A program made the translations under genes and the position numbers. Shown one piece after another: positions 25,902 through 34,601 of a stretch of 64,000 nucleotides of DNA. Every line of letters starts with the position of its first letter. Position 1 is the stretch's first letter. The notes under the pieces were generated by a model. The model was given only the letters and a program-made list of their open reading frames with translations, searched no databases and had not been told where the DNA came from. Where the stretch lies: assembly GCA_902790495.1 (NCBI GenBank), contig CADASK010000024.1, forward strand, positions 5,625-69,624, in the 5' to 3' direction. The stretch is from an uncultured Eubacteriales bacterium (GTDB lineage Bacteria; Bacillota; Clostridia; Christensenellales; Aristaeellaceae).

Positions 25902-27026
25902 TCAGTCCAGCATCCCGCTGGCTTCCTGCAGCAGCTGGATGATCGGCAGGTGCTGGGGGCAGACGCTCTCGCACTGGCCGCACTGGATGCAGGCGCTGGC
26001 CGCGCCGGACTTGCCGGAGGAGACCAGGCCCTTGTAGAAGTTCTTGGGGCGGAAAGTCTCGTTGTAGAGCTTCATCGTGTTCACGGCCTTGAACACGTCG
26101 GGGATCGCGATGCCCATGGGGCAGCCGTCCGTGCAGTAGCGGCAGGCGGTGCAGCCGATCTGGGGCACGTTGAGCATGATCGCGCGCACCTCGTCGATGG
26201 TCTCGCGCTCCTTCTCCGTCAGCGGCTCGAAGTGGGTGAAGGTGTGCAGGTTGTCCGCCATCTGCTCCTCGCTGCTCATGCCGGAGAGGATCGTCATCAC
26301 CCCAGGCAGGGAGGCCACGAAGCGCAAGGCCCAACTGGCGATGCTGCTCTCGGGCCGCACGGCCTTGAACTTCGCCTCCAGCTCGGGCGTCAGGGAGACC
26401 AGGATGCCGCCCTTGACCGGCTCCATGATGACCATCGGGATATTCCGCGCGTGCAGGATCTCGTAGAGGCGGCCGCTCTGCACCACGGGGTTCGTCCAGT
26501 CGGCGTAGTTCAGCTGAATCTGCACAAACTCCACCTCGGGGTGCTGATCCAGCAGGCGCTCCAGCAGCTCGGGCGAGCCGTGGAAGGAGAAGCCGAAGTG
26601 GCGGATCTTGCCCTCGGCCTTCTTCTGCATGCCCCAGTTGAAGCAGTCGTACTTGTCGTAGGTCTCCGCGTTGCTGCCGTCCTCGACGGAGTGCAGCAGA
26701 TAGAAGTCGAAGTAGTCGGTGCAGGCGCGGGCCAGCTGCTCGTTGAAGATGCGGTCGCGATCCTCGGCGCAGTGCATCTCCCAGGCCGGCAGCTTGGTGG
26801 CCAGGTAGAAACTGTCCCGGGGATAGCGCTTCACGAGGGCCTCGCCCGCCGCGCTCTCGGATTTGCCCTTGTGATAGACATAAGCCGTGTCAAAATAATT
26901 CAGGCCGGCCGCCATGTAGGCGTCGACCATGCGGCACACCTGGGCCATGTCGATGGCGTCGTCCTTCTGGGGCAGGCGCATCAGGCCAAAGCCCAGCTTC
27001 GGCATTTCGTTCAGGTTGATGGACAC
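25902..27026 (-). CDS. Aldo/keto reductase with C-terminal 4Fe-4S ferredoxin domain
   Basis: MPKLGFGLMRLP...NYFDTAYVYHKGKSE AKR core. C-terminal CTACRYCTDGCP and CIQCGQCESVCP cluster motifs. GTG start 27026 lies 7 nt after AGGAGG. Confidence 0.8.
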   Translation of the reverse strand: MSINLNEMPKLGFGLMRLPQKDDAIDMAQVCRMVDAYMAAGLNYFDTAYVYHKGKSESAAGEALVKRYPRDSFYLATKLPAWEMHCAEDRDRIFNEQLARACTDYFDFYLLHSVEDGSNAETYDKYDCFNWGMQKKAEGKIRHFGFSFHGSPELLERLLDQHPEVEFVQIQLNYADWTNPVVQSGRLYEILHARNIPMVIMEPVKGGILVSLTPELEAKFKAVRPESSIASWALRFVASLPGVMTILSGMSSEEQMADNLHTFTHFEPLTEKERETIDEVRAIMLNVPQIGCTACRYCTDGCPMGIAIPDVFKAVNTMKLYNETFRPKNFYKGLVSSGKSGAASACIQCGQCESVCPQHLPIIQLLQEASGMLD

Positions 27027-27077
27027 TGTGACTCCTCCTTCGATGGGTCGGGGGTGAATGCGAACCGGCGGGGTACA

Positions 27078-27146
27078 GGCCTGCCGTCCCATGCGGCAGG
27101 CCCTCTCAGTCAGCCTTCGGCTGACAGCTCTCCCAGAGGGAGAGCC
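27078..27146 (+). repeat. Family-2 double-hairpin repeat (D2) preceded by an extra hairpin
   Basis: GGCCTGCCG tcccatg CGGCAGGCC, then ccctctca GTCAGCC ttc GGCTGAC agc TCTCCC aga GGGAGA gcc. Intergenic between the GH39 and AKR genes. Confidence 0.85.
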
Positions 27147-27156
27147 AGGGTTTCGC

Positions 27157-28761
27157 TTATTCTTTGATCCGGATGAACGCCACGTCGTTGACGCCCAGCT
27201 CCGCCTCGGCAGACAGCACGCCGTCAGCATAGGCGGCTGACAGCGGCTCGTCGGTCACGGCGCTGCGGGTCTTCAGGCTTTCCACCTCCGCTGGTGTCAG
27301 CTGCACGGGGGAACCCATCTCCTGCCACAGCTTTAGCGGGTTGCTGTGCGTCTCGTCGATGCGGCGCACAGTCACCGCCGCCGGGGCCTTGGGCAGCTCC
27401 ACGGCGATACGAACCTTCTCCGCCGGGAGCTCCAGGTTCTTCATCCTCTGGCGGAACAGGAGCACCTGGGTCTCGCCGTCCCCGCGGAAGGCCGCGCAGC
27501 CGATCTCGCCCAGGGTCGCGTTCGGGCCCAGGTCGACGCGGGCGTCCCCCGCCTCCCGGAGCATCCGCAGGGCGTGGTAGACCGGCTTGGGAATCCCGTG
27601 CTGGGTCAGCATGCCGAAGCCGCCGTGGAACTCCTGCGGGAAGGGATGCAGCTCCTCAAAGATATCGGAGAAGCACCAGATGGAGGAGCCGTCCACATGG
27701 TCGGCCACCTCCAGCGCCGCCTTCACGTCGTAGGCCGCCACCTTGCGGGTGTCGTTGGTCGCGGCGGAGAAGATGGCGTTCTCGTTCCACTCGGTGTAGT
27801 ACAGCGGCAGGCTGCCGGCCTGGAGCCGCACCTTCGCCGCGTTCTTGCGGAACAGATCGTTGGGGATGTCGGTGGTCTCGGACTTGTCCGGCGACAGGGC
27901 GCGGAAGCCGTTCAGGAAGCTCTTCTCCTCCACGGTCTTCAGGGTCTCCGCTCCCCTGCGCATGCGCTCCTCCCAGGACTCGCCGGGAACGGCCTGGCCC
28001 TCCTCGTCGCCCTGGTCGTCCACGCCGCCCAGCGGATCGCCCGCGTACTGGTGGGTCGAGATGAAATCCACGGGCACGCCGTGGGCCTTGCAGAAATCGG
28101 TGAAGCTGACCACCCACTTGCTGCTGCTGGTGGCCGGGCCGCCCACGCGGATGAGCGGGTCCACGTCCTTGATGGCGCGGGCCGTGATCTCGTAGAGGTG
28201 GAAATACTCCTCCCGCGTGCCGTTCCAGAAGGCGTAGGGCAGGTCGGGCTCGTTCCACACCTCGAAGTCCCAGCTGCGCACCTCCTCCGCGCCGTAGCGG
28301 CGGATCAGGAAGCGCACGAAGGCCTGGATGTAATCCCGCCAGGCGGCATCGTCCGCCGGGGGCACGATGTTGGGCTTGTAGAAGAACGCGCCCTTGAGCG
28401 GCCGGCCTTCCTCCTTCAGCGCCAGCTTCTCCGGCATGAAGGACAGCTCCACGAAGGGCTTCATGCCCGCGGCCAGCACGTTGTCGTAGGCCAGGGCGCA
28501 GGCGTTGAAGTTGTATTCCTCAAACTGCTCAGCGCCGGCCACGGCCATCTGCATGGAGAGGTCGGTCAGGGTGCGCATGTCGTCGCAGAAGATGCCGTGG
28601 AAGCGCACGCGCTCGATGCCCAGGGTGTCATGGATGAACCGGAGCTGGGCCGTCCAGTCGGTGCGCAGGGCCAGCAGGGCGTGGCCGGAGCCCACGCAGT
28701 ACTGCCAGTGGCGCTTATGGGGCTTCACCGGGGCGTTTTGCGGAATCCGAAACTCTGTCAT
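27157..28761 (-). CDS. Glycoside hydrolase family 39 (beta-xylosidase-like)
   Basis: HWQYCVGSGHALLALRTDWTAQLRFIHDTLGIERVRFHGIF and WNEPDL (acid/base Glu region) resemble XynB-type GH39 enzymes. Confidence 0.8.
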   Translation of the reverse strand: MTEFRIPQNAPVKPHKRHWQYCVGSGHALLALRTDWTAQLRFIHDTLGIERVRFHGIFCDDMRTLTDLSMQMAVAGAEQFEEYNFNACALAYDNVLAAGMKPFVELSFMPEKLALKEEGRPLKGAFFYKPNIVPPADDAAWRDYIQAFVRFLIRRYGAEEVRSWDFEVWNEPDLPYAFWNGTREEYFHLYEITARAIKDVDPLIRVGGPATSSSKWVVSFTDFCKAHGVPVDFISTHQYAGDPLGGVDDQGDEEGQAVPGESWEERMRRGAETLKTVEEKSFLNGFRALSPDKSETTDIPNDLFRKNAAKVRLQAGSLPLYYTEWNENAIFSAATNDTRKVAAYDVKAALEVADHVDGSSIWCFSDIFEELHPFPQEFHGGFGMLTQHGIPKPVYHALRMLREAGDARVDLGPNATLGEIGCAAFRGDGETQVLLFRQRMKNLELPAEKVRIAVELPKAPAAVTVRRIDETHSNPLKLWQEMGSPVQLTPAEVESLKTRSAVTDEPLSAAYADGVLSAEAELGVNDVAFIRIKE

Positions 28762-28773
28762 AGGCGCACCTCG

Positions 28774-29136
28774 TCAGGCCCGGTCGATGTGCTTGGTGAC
28801 GATCACGTCGCTGCCCAGGCCGAGGACGTCGGCGATCACCACGTCGCCGATGTGCACCGGGGCGGTCAGGGTCTGCCGGTTGATCTCCGCCATCACGTCG
28901 AAGATGCGGTCCTTCGGGATGGCCTTGGTCAGCCGCACGCTGGTCAGGGGCAGGGAACCGCCCTCCACCCGCACGCTGGTGGCGATGGTGCGGCGGGGAT
29001 CCACCAGCTCCTGGGTCACATAGGCCTTGCCCTTGGGGCAGAGGTTGCCGGTCACGGAGAGCACGGTCGTGCCCTCGTACTCCGCCTCGACCTCGCAGCC
29101 GTTGGGGCACACAATGCAGGTAAACGTCCGTTTCAT
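28774..29136 (-). CDS. DUF1667 domain protein
   Basis: MKRTFTCIVCPNGCEVEAEYEG..VTGNLCPKGKAYVTQELVDPRRTIATSVRV matches the DUF1667 pattern. ATGA start/stop overlap with the upstream gene. Confidence 0.8.
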   Translation of the reverse strand: MKRTFTCIVCPNGCEVEAEYEGTTVLSVTGNLCPKGKAYVTQELVDPRRTIATSVRVEGGSLPLTSVRLTKAIPKDRIFDVMAEINRQTLTAPVHIGDVVIADVLGLGSDVIVTKHIDRA

Positions 29137-30368
29137 TCCACACACACCTCCATGTCGGCGCTGTCGGTCAGCTTCGCGGCCTTGATGGGCAGCTGGATCA
29201 TCTCGGCGGGCAGGGCCTTGCGCATCTTTTTGCGCAGCACCTCGCGGCCGTCCTGGCGCACCACCACGCTCACGTCGCGCAGGGGCTGGCGCACGCGCAG
29301 GGACAGGGTGAAGTCCCGGGTGCCGCTGATGCGCTGGGGAATCACATGGCCCACGTTCTGCCCGGCCCTGACCTCCAGGCGGCACGCGGGCAGGCTGCCG
29401 GTCAGCAGGTACTCCGCCGCGCTGTCCGCCAGGGCCTCCGCCTCCAGGGAGACGAAGTCCACCAGGTCGTGCACGTGCAGCACGTTGCCCGCGGCGAAGA
29501 TGCCGGGCACCTGGGTCTGGCAGTGCTCGTCCACAAACGCGCCGCGGGTGCGGGCGTCCAGCTCCACGCCGGCGGCCAGGCTCAGCTCGTTCTCCGGGAT
29601 CAGGCCCACGGAGAGGATCAGCGTGTCGCAGGGGATCTCCTCCTCGGTGCCGGGGATCGGGCGGAAGCGCTCGTCGCACTGGGCCACCACCACGCTGGTC
29701 AGCCGCTCGCGGCCCCGGATGTCCACCACCGTGTGGCTCAGGTGCAGCGGGATGCCGTAGTCGTTCAGGCACTGCTCAATGTTGCGGGGCAGGCCGCTGG
29801 GGTAGGACTGCACCTCGTACACGCCCTTCACGTGAGCGCCCTCCAGCGTCATGCGCCGGGCCATGATCAGGCCGATGTCGCCGGAGCCGAGGATGACCAC
29901 CTCGTGGCCCACCATGATATTCTGCAGGTTGATGTAGTTCTGGGCCACGCCGGCGGTGTAGACGCCCGCGGGCCGGGTGCCCGGGATCGCCAGCGCGCCG
30001 CGGGTGCGCTCCCGGCAGCCCATGGTCAGCAGCACCGCGTCGGCCTGGATCTGCAATAGGCCCTTCTCCCGGCTCGCGGCGGTCACCAGCTTTTCCGGGG
30101 TGATGTCCAGCACGGTGCAGTCCGTCAGGCACTCGATGCCCTCCGCCTGCACGCGGTCGATAAAGCGCTGGGCGTACTCCGGGCCGGACAGGGACTCGCC
30201 GAAGCGGGTCAGGCCGAAGCCGTCGTGGATGCACTGGCGCAGGATGCCGCCCAACAGGCGCTCCCGCTCAAGAATCAGAATGTCATTGACGCCCTTTTCC
30301 TTCAGGCGCAGGGCTGCCGCCAGACCGGCCGGGCCGCCGCCCACAATCACCGCTTGCTTGTGCATCAT
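29133..30368 (-). CDS. NAD(P)/FAD-dependent pyridine nucleotide-disulfide-type oxidoreductase
   Basis: AVIVGGGPAGLAAALRLKEKG dinucleotide fold and a second GxGxxG (VVILGSGDIGL). Overlaps both neighbours by 4 nt. Confidence 0.8.
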   Translation of the reverse strand: MMHKQAVIVGGGPAGLAAALRLKEKGVNDILILERERLLGGILRQCIHDGFGLTRFGESLSGPEYAQRFIDRVQAEGIECLTDCTVLDITPEKLVTAASREKGLLQIQADAVLLTMGCRERTRGALAIPGTRPAGVYTAGVAQNYINLQNIMVGHEVVILGSGDIGLIMARRMTLEGAHVKGVYEVQSYPSGLPRNIEQCLNDYGIPLHLSHTVVDIRGRERLTSVVVAQCDERFRPIPGTEEEIPCDTLILSVGLIPENELSLAAGVELDARTRGAFVDEHCQTQVPGIFAAGNVLHVHDLVDFVSLEAEALADSAAEYLLTGSLPACRLEVRAGQNVGHVIPQRISGTRDFTLSLRVRQPLRDVSVVVRQDGREVLRKKMRKALPAEMIQLPIKAAKLTDSADMEVCVE

Positions 30369-31831
30369 GCCTGCTCGCCTCCTTTGACATAGCCCGTGAA
30401 CATCCTGGAATCACCGTTGGTCAGCCGCACGTCGGTCACGGCCTTGCCCAGCTCCTCGCGGATCAGGGCCGTGATGCGGGTCTCGCAGTAGCCGCCCTGG
30501 CAGCGGCCCATGCTGGCGCGGGTGCGCACCTTGATGCCGTTGACCGTGCACACGCCCAGGGGATTGTGGATCGCGGCCACGATCTCGGCGCGGGTGATGG
30601 TCTCGCAGCGGCAGATGATCTCGCCGTAGTCGGGGTTCTCCGCGATCAGCCTCGCCTGCTCCTCGCGGCTCTGCTCGTGGAAGCGGGCCACGCCGCGGCG
30701 GATGGGATCGAAGGCCGGGTTCGGGATCAGCTCCTCCTTCTCGCGGATCAGGTTCACCGCGCGGCGGGCGATGGGCAGGGCGCTGGTCAGGCCGGGGCTC
30801 TCGATGCCCACCAGGTTGATGACGCCGGGCACCTCGTCGCGGCGCTCGATCAGGAAGTCCTGGATCTCGCCGGTGGCCGGGTCGATGCGCTTGGGCCGCG
30901 CGCCCGCGAAGGTGCGGATGTAGTACTCGCGCTTCATGTGCTTGAACATGCGCGCGCCGCTCTCCTGCAGGCCGTCCATGCCCACCTGGCGCACGCTGTA
31001 GTCCTCGCCGTCGACCACGTTGAAGCTGTTGGGGCCGACCAGCACGTTGCCGTCCACGGTGGGGGTGGCGTGGGTGTCGAAGGTGTTGCGCTCGGTGGGC
31101 GCGGGATAGACCGGGATCTTCGCGAAGGCGCCGGCCTTCTTGTCCAGCACGAAGTATTCGCCCTTCACCGGCTGGATCACATAGCCGGGGATGCCGAGCA
31201 TCGCGCTGATCTCGGCGCTGCGCAGGCCCGCGCTGTTGACCACCCAGCGGCAGGCGAAGTCGCCCTTGGTGGTGTGCAGCACGTGACGGCCGTCCGCGAT
31301 GACCTCCGCGCCGGTCACCTCGGTGTAGAGGTGGTACTCCGCGCCGTTCTTCACCGCGTTCTCCGCCAGGGCGATGGTATAGATGAACGGGTCGAGGATG
31401 CCGCTGGAGGGGCAGTGGATCGCGAAGTTGCCGCCGGCGGAGGGGTCGATCTCGTCCATCCGCTGGCGGTCGATCAGCTCCATGCCGGGCACGCCGTTGG
31501 CGCGGCCGCGCTCGATCATGGTCAGCAGGCGCTGGCGGTGCTCCTCGGTGAAGCCCACGATCAGCTTGCCCGTGCGTTTGAAGGGCACATCCAGCTCCTT
31601 GGCCACCTGGTCGAACTCGCGGTTGCCCTCCACGCAGCACTGGGCCTTCAGGCTGCCCGTCTTATAGAGGAAGCCGGCGTGCAGCATGCCCGTGTTGCGC
31701 CCGCTGGTGTGGGTCACCACGTCGCTCTCCTTCTCCAGCACGGCGACGCGCAGCTTGTAGCGCGTCAGCTCCCGGGCGATGGCGCTGCCGATGACGCCGC
31801 CGCCGATGATGATGATGTCATACTCCCGCAT
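30365..31831 (-). CDS. FAD-dependent oxidoreductase (GlpA / glycerol-3-phosphate dehydrogenase-like) with BFD-like [2Fe-2S] domain
   Basis: YDIIIIGGGVIGSAIARELTR FAD fold. C-terminal ICRCETITRAEIVAAI...GRCQGGYC BFD-like motif. ATG 31831 lies 9 nt after aaaggag. Confidence 0.8.
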   Translation of the reverse strand: MREYDIIIIGGGVIGSAIARELTRYKLRVAVLEKESDVVTHTSGRNTGMLHAGFLYKTGSLKAQCCVEGNREFDQVAKELDVPFKRTGKLIVGFTEEHRQRLLTMIERGRANGVPGMELIDRQRMDEIDPSAGGNFAIHCPSSGILDPFIYTIALAENAVKNGAEYHLYTEVTGAEVIADGRHVLHTTKGDFACRWVVNSAGLRSAEISAMLGIPGYVIQPVKGEYFVLDKKAGAFAKIPVYPAPTERNTFDTHATPTVDGNVLVGPNSFNVVDGEDYSVRQVGMDGLQESGARMFKHMKREYYIRTFAGARPKRIDPATGEIQDFLIERRDEVPGVINLVGIESPGLTSALPIARRAVNLIREKEELIPNPAFDPIRRGVARFHEQSREEQARLIAENPDYGEIICRCETITRAEIVAAIHNPLGVCTVNGIKVRTRASMGRCQGGYCETRITALIREELGKAVTDVRLTNGDSRMFTGYVKGGEQA

Positions 31832-31923
31832 GAGCCTGGCTCCTTTCCCGTACAAAAGGGTTGCTTTTTGACCGGATCAGCCTTATGATACAGGAGGTGA
31901 AACCCTTTGTCAATTTCGTATAT

Positions 31924-31951
31924 TTGACAGATATGTTAGCTGTGCTAACAT
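31924..31951 (+). promoter_or_regulatory. Candidate promoter with overlapping palindrome
   Basis: TTGACA (31924-31929), 16-nt spacer, TAACAT. The inverted repeat TGTTAGC tgt GCTAACA (31934-31950) overlaps the spacer and -10. Confidence 0.35.
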
Positions 31952-31966
31952 TAGAGAGGACATTCC

Positions 31967-32626
31967 ATGAACGGAAAGAAGAAACGCGAATCGATCTTCC
32001 TCAGCGAGCGCTTCATGCAGGCCGCCTGCATCTTCGCCATCGCCACCGGCCTGGCCTCCATGATCCTCCGCCTGCGCGAGGGCGACGCCTTCGCGGTGTT
32101 TGAATCCCTGACCAAGCTCCTCGCCGCGGGCGCCATGTACCTGGCCTTCAGCTTCTTCAAGTGGGACGTGGCCAAGGGTCTCATGGGCGGCTTCCTGTTC
32201 TCCCTGATGTACCAGGAGGCCCACCTCGTGCTGGCGCAGCTCTGGGCCGCCCAGGATTTTGACGTCTACCTCGTGGCGGGCGTCCAGGGCAGCCTCTACA
32301 TCGCCGCGGCCGGCATGTCCTTCCTGATGACCGTCATCATCACCGTCAACCACTTCTTCATCAACTACGCGACCAGCGGCAACCCGAAGGACGTCATCTT
32401 CAACCGCATGGCCATCCTCTTCAAGCTCTTCGTGTACATCCTGCTGGTGGCGGCCAACAGCGGGCTGGGGTTTGCCTCCGTCATCCTCTGGCGCAACGCC
32501 CTCGGGTATCTGTCGGACATCGGCCTGCTCCTGCTGCTGGTCAGCGTGGAAGCCCAGATGTACACCTTCAGCGTGCTGCGGAAGGAGCTGCTGAAGCAAA
32601 AGCGCGAGAGGGGGAAGAAAGCATGA
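31967..32626 (+). CDS. Polytopic membrane protein, unknown function
   Basis: 219 aa, about 6 hydrophobic segments, lysine-rich C-tail. 4-nt overlap with the next gene. Confidence 0.65.
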   Translation: MNGKKKRESIFLSERFMQAACIFAIATGLASMILRLREGDAFAVFESLTKLLAAGAMYLAFSFFKWDVAKGLMGGFLFSLMYQEAHLVLAQLWAAQDFDVYLVAGVQGSLYIAAAGMSFLMTVIITVNHFFINYATSGNPKDVIFNRMAILFKLFVYILLVAANSGLGFASVILWRNALGYLSDIGLLLLLVSVEAQMYTFSVLRKELLKQKRERGKKA

Positions 32627-33597
32627 GCACCCGGGAACGCCTCTCCGGCATCTGGCTGACGGCGACGACCCTGCTCGCGCTGTTCGCCTTCACCGTGTTT
32701 TTCGTGGCGCAGATGTGGCTGAACGTGCTCTTCGCGGTGTACCTGGGACTGGTCATCGTGCAGAGCGCGGCCCTGATCCTCTACCTGTGGGGCCCCGAGA
32801 AGCTCAAGAGCAAACCGCTCAGGATCCTCTACCGCCTGATGTACGCCTCCTCCCTGCTCGTGATCCCCTGCTTCCTGTTCATCTTCACCGGCCTCGTCTC
32901 CCAGTATCACGCGGAGCTGCGGGACAGCATCGACGCCTCCGCGATGCCGGTGGAGCAGATTCTCCCGGCCGAGCGCACGACGGTCTACAAGACCGGCGAG
33001 GTGTACGTCATCTTCCCCGAATACAGCCAGGTGGAGCTGGCCTGCCAAAGCCGTCCCTCCAAGGGCGATCCCTCCATCACCTGGTGCAGCGGGGCGGCCT
33101 TTCAGCACACCGTGAGCCTCGGCTTCTCCCAGGAGGACATCGAGGGCGACCACGCGGTGAAGGGCGCCCTCTACGAAAGCCCCTACAGCAAGGACAGCTA
33201 CGCGGCCTTTACCTTCGCCGAGGGCCGCTTCGCCTTCACCTTCGACGACGCGCCCGGGGCCGTCCGGCGGGCGGCGGAGGCCGGCGGAAGCGGCTTCATG
33301 CAGTTCGGGCTGATCCGGGACGGGGAAACCGTCATGATGATCAACCGGCCCAGGGCGCGCTGCTACCGGGCGCTGGCGGAGCTGAACGGGCACCTGTGCA
33401 TCATCGATTCCGTCAACATGCTGCACTTCGAGGCCTTCATGGAGGAGCTGCACCGTCTCGGCGTGACCAACGCCCTGTACATGGACATGGGCGCGGGCTG
33501 GAACTACTCCTGGCTCAGGGACGCGGCCGACCGCGTGGTGACGCTGTTCGGGCTCCCGGTGCCCTGGTCGCACAACTGGCTTGTCTTCCGGAAATAA
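32623..33597 (+). CDS. Membrane-anchored protein with possible phosphodiester glycosidase (NAGPA/DUF2233)-like C-terminal domain
   Basis: Three N-terminal TM segments. The soluble domain contains RCYRALAELNGHLCIIDS...LGVTNALYMDMGAGWNYSW, loosely resembling the DUF2233 core. Confidence 0.4.
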   Translation: MSTRERLSGIWLTATTLLALFAFTVFFVAQMWLNVLFAVYLGLVIVQSAALILYLWGPEKLKSKPLRILYRLMYASSLLVIPCFLFIFTGLVSQYHAELRDSIDASAMPVEQILPAERTTVYKTGEVYVIFPEYSQVELACQSRPSKGDPSITWCSGAAFQHTVSLGFSQEDIEGDHAVKGALYESPYSKDSYAAFTFAEGRFAFTFDDAPGAVRRAAEAGGSGFMQFGLIRDGETVMMINRPRARCYRALAELNGHLCIIDSVNMLHFEAFMEELHRLGVTNALYMDMGAGWNYSWLRDAADRVVTLFGLPVPWSHNWLVFRK

Positions 33598-33626
33598 TGC
33601 GCAACGCGCGAGGAGCGTGAACCGCC

Positions 33627-34538
33627 ATGGATCTGCACCTGTTGGAGAACATCGTGTGCATCGCCGATGAGAAGAGCATCACCCGCGCGGCGGAGAAGCG
33701 CTTCGTGACCCAGAGCGCCCTCAACCAGCAGCTGCAGAAGCTGGAGGAGGAGCTGGGCGCGCCCCTGTTCATCCGCTCCCGGGGCAACTGGCAGCCCACC
33801 GAGGCCGGCGAGGCCTACCTGAGCGCCGCCCGGCAGATGCTGCTGCTGCGCAAGGACACCTACCGCCGCATCGCGGACGTGGCCGAGGAGAGCCGCCGTC
33901 ACCTCGCAGTGGGGCTGATCCCGGAGCGCGGGGTGGAAATGTTCACCGCGGTCTATCCCGCCTTCCACCGCTCCTTCCCCCAGACCCGGGTGGAGCCGGT
34001 GGAGTGCCGCGTCACCGAGATGCAGCGGATGATCTCCGCCGGCCAGCTGGACCTGGGCCTGGCGACCCTGGCCGAGCACCAGCGCGACGGCAACCTCTAC
34101 CACGTGATGGCCGAGGAGGAGATTCTGCTGGCCGTCCCCGCCGTCAGTCCCCTGGCCGCGGGCGGGAGCCCCGACTGGCGGCGCGCGCCGGAGACGGAGT
34201 TGGGCCGCTTCGCGGAGGAGTCCTTCGTGCGCATCTACCAGCGCTCGACCCTCTTCAGCCTGACCAGCGCCCTGTTCGAGGCCGCGGGCTTCACGCCCAA
34301 GGTGCTCTTCTCCACCGCCAGCAACGCCAGCAAGTACCGCATCGTGGCCCTGGGCCTGGGCTGCGCCCTGCTCCCGGCCCTCTACGCCCTGCGCGGCGAC
34401 GACGTGGTCTATTTCCGCCTCCCCCAGCGCCCTCGCTGGCAGGTCACCCTGTGCAGCCGCCGCGGCGGCTACCTCGGCCGCGCCGAGAAGCGCTACATCG
34501 AGCTGTGCAGGGAATACTGGCGAAGGCTGGAAGCGTAA
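33627..34538 (+). CDS. LysR-family transcriptional regulator
   Basis: N-terminal HTH ITRAAEKRFVTQSALNQQLQKLEEELGAPLFIR and a C-terminal substrate-binding fold; length is typical. Confidence 0.9.
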   Translation: MDLHLLENIVCIADEKSITRAAEKRFVTQSALNQQLQKLEEELGAPLFIRSRGNWQPTEAGEAYLSAARQMLLLRKDTYRRIADVAEESRRHLAVGLIPERGVEMFTAVYPAFHRSFPQTRVEPVECRVTEMQRMISAGQLDLGLATLAEHQRDGNLYHVMAEEEILLAVPAVSPLAAGGSPDWRRAPETELGRFAEESFVRIYQRSTLFSLTSALFEAAGFTPKVLFSTASNASKYRIVALGLGCALLPALYALRGDDVVYFRLPQRPRWQVTLCSRRGGYLGRAEKRYIELCREYWRRLEA

Positions 34539-34554
34539 AAACCAAAGCAAAAGT

Positions 34555-34601
34555 GCCTGTCCGGGCATGGGATTTCCCGGACAGGCGCCTCTTTGTTGTT
34601 T
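34555..34601 (+). terminator. Terminator after the LysR gene
   Basis: GCCTGTCCGGG catgggattt CCCGGACAGGC followed by a T-rich tract. Confidence 0.7.
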
